Source: Octopus sinensis
Lineage: Eukaryota
Reading direction: 5' to 3'
Length of the DNA: 64,000 bases
Assembly: GCF_006345805.1 (NCBI RefSeq)
Contig: NC_043009.1
Span: 11,656,001-11,720,000 of the forward strand
Shown: in pieces, positions 52,994-64,000 of the stretch
Position numbering within the stretch: the stretch's first letter is position 1
How the letters are laid out: each line of letters starts with the position of its first letter
The notes under the pieces: generated by a model
Seen by the model: the letters and a program-made list of their open reading frames with translations, nothing else
Told to the model about the DNA's origin: nothing
The model's database searches: none
Position numbers and translations under genes: made by a program

Positions 52994-53292
52994 AGTATAT
53001 GAAAGAATGGAGTTGAACGACTAGTTAACAATATCCTTTATTCTCGACAATATGTTTCGAAGGCTGCTTATTCCTAATTCCGAAGGAATAAGGAGTACAT
53101 TATGCAGATTTCTCATCAGGAAATCAAGGAACTTATGTCGACATCAAAATACACAAAAACTTTTAGCTGATGAGAAATCTGCATAATGTACTCCTTATTC
53201 CTTCGGAATTAGGAATAGGCGCCTTCGAAACATATGTCGAGAAAAAGGATATTTGTTAACTAGTCGTTCAACTCCATTCTTCATATACTTAT
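52990..53292. mobile_element. Inverted pair of hammerhead-bearing PLE-type termini (palindrome)
   Basis: Arms 52990-53119 and 53167-53292, 47-bp spacer. Confidence 0.85.
53042..53123 (-). ncRNA. Type-I hammerhead ribozyme with long stem II (plus-strand copy at 53167-53242)
   Basis: Minus strand: tttc-CTGATGA-gaa...ttattcct/aggaataa hairpin...ttc-GAAAC-ATATT-GTC-gaga, overlapping AATAAA. Confidence 0.8.
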
Positions 53293-53474
53293 AATTTTAA
53301 AATAAACATCAAATTTCCGCACGAAGACACGTAGTCTATGGCCCTAGGGACGTAGCTTCAACCGTGTTCTTTCTGATGTGATTTGCTACCCAGGTATCGG
53401 TTATCTTTCGAATTATCCTTAATAAGATACTCATTCAATTACTCAAATATATATATATATATATATTTATATAT

Positions 53475-53537
<63 letters not shown>

Positions 53538-53589
53538 TATATATATATATATATATTGTGTGGTGTGTGTGTGTGTGTGTGTGTGTGTG

Positions 53590-53870
53590 TGGAGGCGCAA
53601 TGGTTAGGGCAGCGGACTTGCGGTCGTAGGATCGCGGTTTCGATTCCCAGACCAGGCGTTGTGAGTGTTTATTGAGCGAAAACACCTAAAGCTCCACGAG
53701 GCTCCGGCAGAGGGTGGTGGCGATCCCTGCTGTACTCTTTCGTCACAACTTTCTCTCACTCTTTCTTCTGTTGGCCTGCTCGCTTAGCCAGCGGGGTGGC
53801 TAAAACAATGCGAAGCGCATTGTGACCAGCGATGTGTAGCAACATCTGATAGCCTGGTCGGTCACAGTGA
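53590..53870 (+). mobile_element. SINE family C (tail C1)
   Basis: ggaggcgcaatgg...gtttcgattcccag...ggtcggtcac. Confidence 0.9.
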
Positions 53871-54058
53871 CATATATATAATATTTCTACCGCTTGACAA
53901 CCGGTGTTGGTGTGTTTACATCTCCGTAACTTAACGGTTCGGCAAAATGATCCAATAGAATAAGTACAAAGCCTTAAAAAAGTAAGTTCTGTGGTCGAAT
54001 TGTTTGACTAAAATCTTATAAGGCTGTGCTCCAGCATGGCTGCAGTCAAATGGCTGAG

Positions 54059-54158
54059 NNNNNNNNNNNNNNNNNNNNNNNNNNNNNNNNNNNNNNNNNN
54101 NNNNNNNNNNNNNNNNNNNNNNNNNNNNNNNNNNNNNNNNNNNNNNNNNNNNNNNNNN
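54059..54158. other. Assembly gap (100 N)
   Basis: Run of N. Confidence 1.
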
Positions 54159-54369
54159 ATATATGTACACACACATATATATATATAAGAATTTTTTGCG
54201 TAATAAGACGAAGGCTGTATAGATATTAGAACATTTATGGATAGGTCTTACAGCATATTCCATGATATTATTATAGCACTTATTCAGCATTACCTGACAC
54301 CTTTGGGTCCCAAAGACACCATTATCTCTTATAACCTCAACTTCTCGCTTATATATTATCTGTGTGTGT

Positions 54370-54509
54370 GTAGACAGACATACAGACAGATAGATAAATA
54401 GACAGACAGACAGATAGAAAGATAGGTAGGTAGATAGATAGATAAATAGAGAGAGAGAGAGAGAGAGAGAGAGAGGCAGACTGACAGACAGACCCACAGA
54501 TAGATAGAC

Positions 54510-54568
<59 letters not shown>

Positions 54569-54573
54569 CAGAC

Positions 54574-54650
<77 letters not shown>
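54370..54650. repeat. (GACA)/(GA)/(GATA)n compound microsatellite
   Basis: Direct reading. Confidence 0.95.
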
Positions 54651-54652
54651 TG

Positions 54653-55020
54653 TTTCTTTATTAGCCACACAGGGCTGCACACAGACGGGACAGATTTCTG
54701 TTTGGGAAGAAAAAAAAGAAACAAAATAAAAGTGGGGTAGGTTTTCGATCAAAAGGGATCGTAAAAGGGAAAGAAAAAACAGAAAAAAAGGGAAAGAAAA
54801 AACAGAAAAAAGGGAAAGACAAAAAAGAAAAAGAAAAAAACGATCAATAGGGATCGTGTATCACAGAAATGTCATGATGTAAAATGTAAAGGGGGAAGCA
54901 GATAAGGTTTATCTGTGGAAAGAAAAGCCTACGGAAAAGACCACGGTAACCTCGGTCAATAATGTTACATGTTACCACATTTGTTTGCAAGTAGGTAACC
55001 CTCTGTTTTTAATTTTTCCG
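54653..55020 (-). mobile_element. Probable non-coding 3' end of a LINE (possibly L1/Tx1 group) ending at (TATC)n
   Basis: Pyrimidine-rich UTR-like sequence on the minus strand ending ...agccctgtgtggctAATAAAgaaa; no ORF present, so clade is inferred. Confidence 0.45.
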
Positions 55021-55250
55021 GGTTCATAGGATTATGCTCAAGGTAGCTTCATTGAGGTATATGTATGTGTGTGCATGGGTGCAACCAAAACTCCAAGCAC
55101 AGAAACAATTGGCTAACTTGCACCACCTTGTCATCTCTTCCAGCCAACCCTCTCTCTCCCGAATCCTAACTCATATTTCACGCTGCGTCTGGTTAAGCGC
55201 GATCCCTTATCTCATTGCAAGTCTACATCTCAGTGATTCCCTCATTAACT

Positions 55251-55480
55251 ATTTCTTTACTGCCTACAAGGGGCTAAACACAGAGAGGACAAATAAGGAC
55301 AGACAAACGGATTAAGTTGATTATATCGACCCCAGTGTGTAACTGGTACTTCATTTATCGACCCCGAAAGGATGAAAGGCAAAGTCAACCTCGGCGGAAT
55401 TTGAATTCAGAATGTAATGGCAGACGAAATACTGCTAAGCATTTCGTCCGGTGTGCTAACGTTTCTGCCAGCTCGCCGCC
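55251..55480 (-). mobile_element. Full-length family-A SINE with TSD (cctcattaact)
   Basis: Direct repeat flanks at about 55240-55250 and 55486-55496. Confidence 0.9.
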
Positions 55481-57457
55481 TTTTTCCTCATTAACTTGTT
55501 GCTTTCTTCTTTCTTTTTCGCTACCACTGACCATTACAATTCCGTCTGGATTTTAGACTTCATCTCTCCTCACGACAAATTTACCATTTATTCAAGGGCA
55601 ACCGAACCTCTTCACTTTGTCTATTGTCTACTTCTTCAATGTTATTAATTGTTACAATGTTTCCAAGTTAAATCAGGACTGATCTGAAAGTAAACGCGAG
55701 TAACAAACAAACACACATACAAAGAAGCAGTTACCGAATACTCGTACAAAGCAAGCTCTTATACATGTTCAAAAACAAATGAATGCTCCTCTCCTTCGCT
55801 ATCCTCCGGAGCAACACCTTTTCTATTTTATCTGCTGAGACATCCACACACACACACGTACATACACATACGCACGTACACATACATACATACTGTTTCA
55901 AAATTCTATAGAAGCAGTGTGTGACTTATAGGAAATTGTACGTTCCACTCCTTAGATATTTACATCCACGCAATGATTTACTTTAATCGCTAGTTGCCCT
56001 GGCATAGGGTGGAGATTGCAATATATTTTTGTGTCATTTGTTAATTTGTTTCTATTCCTTACATTGAAAAAGAAAAAAACGGAAAGCATTCTTTTGGTTC
56101 CTTGTTCTACTAAATTGTCGCCATCGCAATCAGTCAACGGTGATTAAACACATACTAAAGTGCCTTACGATATATTTGCATCAGTCACAACTGTTAGTTT
56201 TGTGGCCCCATTCTTTTATTGTTAATAGTAGCGATTCCTCACCTGAATTCGCAGGCTGTTGGGGATCTGCTATGATAACACTGGGGACCGTGAGCTGCAT
56301 TCAAAATTTTAAAAGGCTGCAGAGTAAAATTCATTATTACCCAGTTGCATATTATCTTACTCAGTTAAATAATTGAAATTAAGAAAACGAGTTTACAGCT
56401 AGTTAATAAAACCCGTTATTTTGTGTAGACAATTCTTTCAAAAGCCTAGGGTTCTTTGGGAAAATTCATTTTGATAAAAGGGTTCTTGGTAGAGAAAAGG
56501 TTGTGGGGGAGGGGTGCTCTTCTTTACAACGTTTAATACACTGCTACTTGAAAGAGAATTACTTTATTCACCATAAGGTTGAGAAAAAGAGGGGACAATA
56601 CGGGGACAGACAAAACAAACGTTGGGGTCAGGGAATCGAATGAGACGAAACGTATGAATAAACAATTAAAATATATACAGTTAAATGAGAATGAGTGATT
56701 AACAAAAAATTTTTTAAATGAAGCGGAAGACGCGGTCGACCCCCAAAACCACATACTCACACTGAAGACTTTGCTTTCTCCTTTTTATATTCTCATTTAA
56801 ACAGGTTCTTTCACTCGCAACATACTTGCTATAGACATCCATCTTTTACGAAACACATTTTGCGACAAGCATTTCTTCTCCAGCCCTATTTTCCGTTTCA
56901 TGTGGGGAGGTTGCTGTTTTGACCAATTCTGTTTATAGTAGGGTGGCAGCGCTAAGCAATGATGTGTACGAATACAAGTTTGTTACCAATTCAAATATGC
57001 TTGGGGCAAATTCAAACCCGTAAGAAAACCGTTTCCCTGTTATGGAGAAAATTTCTCTCTATAGAGAAACAGTTTATGGTATTTAGTATACTGTTTGCAG
57101 GTTTTCCGGAAGCCTTTTCTTGGCGAGCAATTGTTTGATCAGGTAGCTCTCTATGATATAAAAAATACTCTGACCGTAACCATCCCAGCTTTATGTTGCG
57201 TTTTATTTTAATCTCAGTGTATCTAGGACCACATTTTTAAATAGCGTGTATCATTTTTTGTTTTTGTTTATTCTGATTGATTTAAGGAAAACCTAGCAAA
57301 TGTTTACTTTCACCTGTAACAAGATGAAGGTCTCAGGAACACTTAAGAGGTATCTGTCTAATCGTGTCACATAAAATTGTCGAAGGGAGAACCAAAATCC
57401 GACTGTCTTCAATAGCAGTAAATAATACTTCATTTTTCGGGTTTCGCAAGTAAAAAT

Positions 57458-57877
57458 GGATCTTTTCGGTTTGAACGGCAGTTTTTTCTAGCGGTGTCAT
57501 ATGAAATTGTCACCCATAATTATGACCCTAGTATCGATCTATTGCATTTCAATCTGTTTTAGGGTTAGGGTTAGGGATGGGGGGAAGGGTATCTTTTTTT
57601 CTTCACAAATGTAAATAAATCCAATCTGTTTCTTAAACGAGGGACATATTCATACGGCACAGAATGTTTATTTTACCTCAATAGACGTCAGTGATTGGTT
57701 GAAATTGCAGAAATTGAAGAAAAACAACAACAATTATCTTACAAACTATAGAATTTTCTCAATAAAGCCAAGAGAAAAAGATGTTTTATAAACACATTCT
57801 ACCAGTATACGAAGTTTAAAAGTGTTTAGTTAAGTGTAAATTATTTTTAAAAACTGCCGTTCAAACCGAAAAGATCC
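57458..57877. mobile_element. MITE with 29-bp TIR (GGATCTTTTCGGTTTGAACGGCAGTTTTT) and internal (TTAGGG)3
   Basis: Perfect terminal inverted repeats; flanked by an approx. 160-bp direct duplication. Confidence 0.9.
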
Positions 57878-58420
57878 AATCTAGCAAATGTTTACTTCCA
57901 CCTGTAACAAGATGAAGGCGTCAGGAACATTTGTGGGGTGTCTGTCTTGTCACATAAAATTGTCGAAGGGAGAACCAAAATCCGACTGTCTTCAATGGCA
58001 GTAAATAATACTTTATTTTTCAGGTTTCGCAAGTAAAATTATATACACATATATTTTCCTTAAGGGTGAACTGGTAGCCAAGTCCACAAGACTGTTCACT
58101 TGTGTGAGCCAAATTTACCGTCTCCGTTCCCTCTTAGAAGAGAGCTTCTCTATATGTAGGGTTTTCCCTGAGAGAAGGTTGGTCACGTCCACTCGGTAGG
58201 GTTGCTGGTTCAAAAAGACAGATTTAGCGGGAACGCTTTCAGTTTGCAGTTCTCTGCGCATGCGCATGAGGGAACTTCCAGCGACCTACCAGACAGTTCT
58301 ATAGAATATTGATCGGCTATTAATCACTGATCATGACTATATGCTAGAGGAAGTCAAAAATCATTCACACTTTCACCAAAGCTTTCTTAAAGTTGGCCGC
58401 ACTGCCTTCAAGCCCTCGCG

Positions 58421-59192
58421 GGATCTTTTCCTTTTGAACGGCACTTTGTAACATAATTTCTAGGTAACTAAACACTTTTAAACTTCGTATACTGGTAGAA
58501 TGTGTTTATAAAACATAATTTTCTCTTGGCTTTATTGAGAAAATTCTATATGTTGTAACATATTCCGTCTTTAATTTCGAGCATTTCGGCAATTTTAACC
58601 AATCGCTGACCTCCATTTAGGTAAATAACATTCTATGCATAATGAATATGTCCCTCCTTTAAGAAACAGATTGGGTTTATTTACATTTGTGAAGAAAAAA
58701 AGATACTCTTCCCCAACCCCTAACCTTAAATCTAAAATAGATTGAAATGCAATACATCGATACTAGGGCCATAATTATGGGTGACGTTTTCATTTGACAC
58801 CGCTAGAAAAAAATCCCATTTTCCGTAGCGGTGTCTTATGAAATTGTCACCCATAATTATAACCCTAGTATCGATCTATTGCATTTAGGGTTAGGGGTGG
58901 GGGAAGGGTATCTTTTTTCTTCACAAATGTAAATAAACCCAATCTGTTTCTCAAACGAGGGACATATTCATACGGCACAGAATGTTATTTACCTAAATAG
59001 AAATCAGCGATTGGTTGAAATTGCCGAAATGCTCGAAATCAAAGACAAAATATGTTACAACATATAGAATTTTCTCAATAAAGCCAAGAGAAAATGATGT
59101 TTTATAAACACATTCTACCAGTATACGAAGTTTAAAAGTGTTTAGTTACCTAGAAATTGTGTTGAAAAGTGCCGTTCAAAAGGAAAAGATCC
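58421..59192. mobile_element. Palindromic dimer of the same MITE family with 8-bp TSD (Merlin-like)
   Basis: Arms 58421-58805 and 58826-59192; flanks ccctcgcg / cgctcgcg (7/8 match). Confidence 0.88.
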
Positions 59193-59284
59193 CGCTCGCG
59201 TGCTAAAAGGTGGTACTCTTGTAGTTACGTAACCGAGGTTTGACTCTGATTACTCCAGTTTTCTTTCTTGTATTACAGAGTAAA

Positions 59285-60045
59285 CATGGCCACTCCGCTG
59301 GCAGTGTGCACCAAGGAAAAACAGAGAACAGTTCTCCGATTTCTCTGGTTTGCAGGTTGTGTCAGGAGATGAAATTAATCGCAAACTTCCAGTACAATAC
59401 AGGGACAGTACTCTGTGTTGAAGCTTGTGCGAATGGAGCAAGAAGTTTTAAAATGGCCGGAAGGCGTGAAGTACACACACACACACAAAAGAAGAAAAAA
59501 GAAGAGCAATCAGGACGCCCATCAACCAGACATGAAAATTCAAGACTTGAGAGATAGTTCAGACGAACTGACGAGTGGCCATCGATGGGGTGTCATGGTC
59601 TCAGCTAATTAGTCATGGTTCTGCAGACAAAATCGTTCACCACAAGCTTCGCTTCAGTAAAGCCTGTGTGAGATGGGTTCCAAGAGAGCTTATCGAAAAG
59701 CATGAGCGCAATCGTGTGGAGATCTGTAAACGCTTACTCGACCGCTACAATGATGAAGGCAAAGTATTTTTTTTAAAGAGAGAATAGCGACAGGAAATAA
59801 AACCCGAGTCCATCTCTTTAAGTCAGAATCCAAAAGGTAGAGTGTAGAATCACCAGCAATAAAAAAATTCAAGACTCAACCTATCGCAGAAAATTGATGC
59901 TAACCGGTTTTGCGAAGCAAAAAAAAATCCTATGCTGGAACAATACCTACAGTCCTCAGTGTATGCTACAATGAAATGCTGGCCAACAAAGTGAAACCAG
60001 CAATACGCACCGAATGGGTCTCGAATTGCTGGAACACCCAGGTCT
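59285..60045 (+). pseudogene. Degenerate mariner transposase
   Basis: SGRPST, HKLRFSKACVRWVPREL...RVEICKRLLDRY.DEG, IATG, KKFK; many frameshifts. Confidence 0.85.
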
Positions 60046-60179
60046 AAATATTTGCATTCTTTGTGTGACTAAACTTCAGAGAAAGGGACATTTGGTAGCA
60101 GTCATTCTATATTCGTCAAACAACATGCAGATATGAAGGAAGACTCTCTGACCCCATGTCACTGGAAACAATAACACCT

Positions 60180-60410
60180 ATTTCTTTACTACCCACAAGG
60201 GACTAAACACAGAGGGGACAAACAATGACAGACAAACGGATTAAGTCGATTACATCGACCCCAGTGCGTAACTGGTACTTAATTTATCGACCCCGAAAGG
60301 ATGAAAGGCAAAGTCGACCTGGGCGGAATCTGAACTCAGAACGTAACGGCAGACGAAATACCGCTCAGCATTTCGCCCGGCGTGCTAACGTTTCTGTCAG
60401 CTCGACGCTG
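60180..60410 (-). mobile_element. Full-length family-A SINE with TSD (aataacacct)
   Basis: Direct repeat at about 60170-60179 and 60415-60424. Confidence 0.88.
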
Positions 60411-61397
60411 GCAGAATAACACCTGGCGGGTCCAAAATTCTTTTGCATCGGTGAAACTTTCAGCAATAAATATATTTAGCTTCTTCAATAGGTGATCCCT
60501 TCTTTCGTTTGCATCTACCTCTAGAACTACTCCTGTTGAGCCCTATTTACAGACGGAGAACAAATAAGACAATAAGACAACCACGTCCTTATCCATTAAA
60601 GAATTTTCAGATATCATCAAGTAGTCTGCATATACTTTAGAAATCCTGCCTGTCCTACCATCACCATTATTTTAACACCCACTTGGGTCGGGTGACATTT
60701 GTTGAGACATATTTTCTACGGCCGGATGTTCTTTCTGTCGCCAACCATCACTTGTTTCCAAGTAAGGACATATTTCTCCGTAGCCAGACATACATTCACG
60801 GAAGATTGGAAACGAAGAATGTTTATACGACAGTGAAGCTCGTTTACAACTATCAAGCGAAGCTGAAACAAGAAGACACTAACACATGTATCTACACATA
60901 CTCACACACACACATCTATACAAATATATAGACATTCACACACGCATATATATAACGGGCTTGAAGCCTACTTCACGAAGCTTCGGAGTGGCCCGTGGGT
61001 ATTGTGGAAGGCACTTATCCAAGGTGTCACTCAATGGGACCGAATTCGTAACTATATAATTGTGAACCAAACTTCTCACCATACATAAACCTATTAATTA
61101 CAACCAAATTCTCAGACGCACTTTTATGTCTGCAAAACAATGTGATGTAGATTTAAGTTGGCAACTGTTAATGCAAAAAAAGTTTTAACTTCTGCTACTC
61201 CAATTGAGAAATCTTTCATTTTGTTTATATACCATGTTAATCGTTGTCTACTGATGAACAAGCAGTTGGCGACAGGAAAACAATCACTTCTATATTGCTT
61301 GAAGAGCATACACGTATGAGCAGGGAATGTTTAGACTACTGTTTAGTTTGACAACAGGTGAAGGATCAGATGGTCTTCTGAATCTCTCTTTTTCCCC

Positions 61398-61783
61398 TTT
61401 TACTTGTTTCAGTCATTTGAGTGCGGCCATGCTGGAGCACCGCCTTTAGTCGAGCAAATCGACCCCAGGACTTATTCTTTATAAGCCCAGCACTTATTCT
61501 ATCGGCCTGTTTTGCCGAACCGCTAAGTTACGGGGACGTAAACACACCACCATCGATTGCCAAGCGATGTTGGGGGGACAAACTCAGACACACACACATA
61601 TATATATATATATACATATATACGACGGGCTTCTTTCAGTTTGCGTCTACCAAACCCACTCAAGGCTTTGGTCGGCCCGAAGCTATAGTAGAAAACACTT
61701 GCCCAAGGTGTCACGCAGTGGGACTGAACTTGGAACCATGTGGTTGGTAAGCAAGCTACTTACCACACAGCCACTCCTGCGCC
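61398..61783 (-). mobile_element. Full-length family-B SINE
   Basis: Head, internal (CA)(TA)n, tail ending gactgaaacaagtaaaag. Confidence 0.92.
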
Positions 61784-61804
61784 TAAGTCTGTAAAACTTA
61801 GCGT

Positions 61805-62138
61805 AATTTATCGACCCCGAAAGAATGAAGAGCAAAGTCGACCTCGGCGGAATTTGAACTCCGAACGTAACGGCAGATGAAATACCTATTTGTTTACTAC
61901 CCACAAGGATCTAAACACAGAGGAGACAAACAAGGACAGACAAACGTATTAAGTCGATTACGTATTACGTATTAAGACAAACGTATTAAGTCGAGTGCGT
62001 AACTGGTACTTAATTTATTGACCCCGAAATGATGAGAGGCAAAGTCAACCTCGGAATTTGAACTCCGAACGTAATGGCAGACGAAATACCGCTAAGCATT
62101 TCGCCTGGCGTGCTAACGTTTCTGCCAGCTCGCCACCT
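61805..62138 (-). mobile_element. Family-A SINE dimer
   Basis: Junction at 61886. Confidence 0.85.
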
Positions 62139-62624
62139 TAAAGCTGCCATACAGTTTCCATTTTCCAAATTTTAATCATAAGGCATCAATCGAGCTGAGG
62201 CTACAGTAGAAGACACCCAAAATTCCACAAAGTGGAGCCAAATATCAGACCATGCGAATGCAAATCAAAACAGCTGAACTTCACAGTCACACTCCTCGCA
62301 CAACTATATTCTCAGAAAAACCATTATTTACAACTAATGTCATCAGCTAGATAGTAGAAAGCAACAGAAATACGAACAGTACCAAAGTAATAAAAGTGAA
62401 GGAAATCAACCAGGATAACCTGTATTGAAACCGAGACAGACTTTGCTCCTCGAGGCGAGCATGTCAACTGAAAACGAAAACAAATGACAAAAAAGATCCA
62501 AACTTTTCTTTATATGTTTATTAAAAATATATACATTTATTTCCTCATTGTCCTCTGTTTCTTCAATAAAGCATCTCTTAAAGCCACCTGGAAAAACAAA
62601 GAGTACAGAGTAAGAATATATAGT

Positions 62625-63017
62625 GAGTTACAGTTTGGTAATACGAACACATAGTTCCGGGTTCAGTCCCACTGCATGGTACCTTGGGCAAGTGTCTTCT
62701 ACTATAACCTCTCGATCCGACCAAAGCCTTGTGAGTGGATTTGGTAGAGAGAAACGGAAAAGAAGCCCATCGTATATATGTATATATATATATATATGTA
62801 TGTATGTGTTTGTGTATCTATGTTTGTCCCCCACAACATCGCTTGACAACCAATGCTGGTGTGTTTACATGCCCATAACTTAGCGGTTCGGCAAAAGAGA
62901 CCGATGGAGTAAGTACTTGGCTTATAAAGAATAAGTCCTACGGCCGATTTGCTCGACTAAAGGCAGTGCTCCAGCATGGCCACAGTCACATGACAGACAA
63001 GTAAAAGAGTAAAGAGT
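62625..63017 (+). mobile_element. Family-B SINE
   Basis: B-box ggttcagtccc, internal microsatellite, tail with aagagt repeats. Confidence 0.9.
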
Positions 63018-63111
63018 ATCACATGACAATACATAACACACAGTTCATAGCAACTCATTACTTTGGAAAACAGTGGTGGAAATCAAACAATATCGACACT
63101 GACGAGAAATG

Positions 63112-63495
63112 ATTTCAAATTTTAGCACAAGGCCAGCAATTTAGGGGGAGTTGATTATATCGACCCCTGCACTCAACTGGTACTTATTTCATTGGCCCCG
63201 AAAGGACGAAAGGCAAAGTTGATCTTGGTAGAATTTGAACTCAGAACATAAAGCTGGACGGAAATGCCACTAAGCATTTTGCCAAACATACTCTTTACTC
63301 TTTTACTCGTTTCAGTCATGTGACTGTGGCTATGCTGGAGCACCGCCTTTAGTCGAGCAAATCAACCCCAGGACATTGTTTTTAAGCCTAATACTTATTC
63401 TATCCGTCTCTTTTGCCAAACCGCTAAGTGATGGGGACGTAAACACACCAGCATTGGTTGTCAAGCGATGTTGGGGCACAAACACAGACACACAC

Positions 63496-63548
<53 letters not shown>

Positions 63549-63708
63549 CACACACACACACATATATACGACGGCTTCTTTCAGTTTCCGTCTACCAAAT
63601 CCACTCACAAGGCTTTGGTTGGCCAGAGGCTATAGTTGAAGACACTTGCCCAAGGTGCCACGCAGTGGGATTGAACCCAGAACCATGTGACTCATAAGCA
63701 AGCTACTT
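63112..63708 (-). mobile_element. Diverged family-A SINE (63112-63285) and family-B SINE (63290-63708)
   Basis: Similarity to the in-window copies. Confidence 0.85.
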
Positions 63709-64000
63709 CATTTCATCTAATTTGCCACAAGGGCATCACACAGATAGCAGCTTTGCGGGCTGGACATAGACATTAATAATATGAATGATGGTAATGCAAA
63801 AATGATGATGATGGGAGAAGACGAAAAGCGCCCGCCGACCTTCGCTTCTCTAAAACAATGTTCTTTTTCCTTTATTTTCAAAAAATCGATATGAGCTACT
63901 TACCACACATCCACTCCTACACCTATGCAAATGATTCTGCCAATGCACTGCCTTAAACACTGATGAGATATTACAAGTGTTTATTACCTAGAAGAGTTCT

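Noticed and set aside
57559-57576. (TTAGGG)3 as a telomere or fusion site
   Set aside because: Internal part of a MITE, also present in degenerate form in the 58421-59192 copies
63960-64000. CTGATGA at the window edge
   Set aside because: Truncated by the window end; cannot be evaluated

Overview
AT-rich (roughly 35-40% GC by eye) eukaryotic DNA, almost entirely repeats, with one 100-N scaffold gap at 54059-54158. The mix of tRNA-derived SINEs and dense (TA)n/(TACA)n/(GATA)n/(TAA)n microsatellites resembles an octopus or other coleoid cephalopod genome; this is an inference. Most ORFs in the supplied track are microsatellite or SINE translations. Recognisable coding remnants are all transposon-derived: a near-complete Penelope-like element (PLE; RT plus GIY-YIG, 29390-33070, minus), a CR1/L2-type LINE, R4/Dong-type and CRE-type restriction-like-endonuclease (REL) LINE fragments, two mariner remnants, a Tc1-like foldback, and a Merlin-like transposase fragment with related MITEs. 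The only host-gene candidate is a short signal-peptide first exon (8481-8535, minus). Main findings: (1) about 12 type-I hammerhead ribozyme motifs, read by eye, in several unrelated PLE-terminus-like elements, including two independent U4C core variants, an A6U variant with a compensatory stem change, long stem-II forms and inverted pairs; (2) a SINE that forms head-to-tail arrays joined at the same internal GGTATT site eight times, with swapped 3' tails, one matching a LINE-like 3' end in the window; (3) four large palindromes; (4) a near-identical 1.77-kb tandem duplication bounded by (TA)n. No searches or folding programs were run, and element boundaries are approximate.
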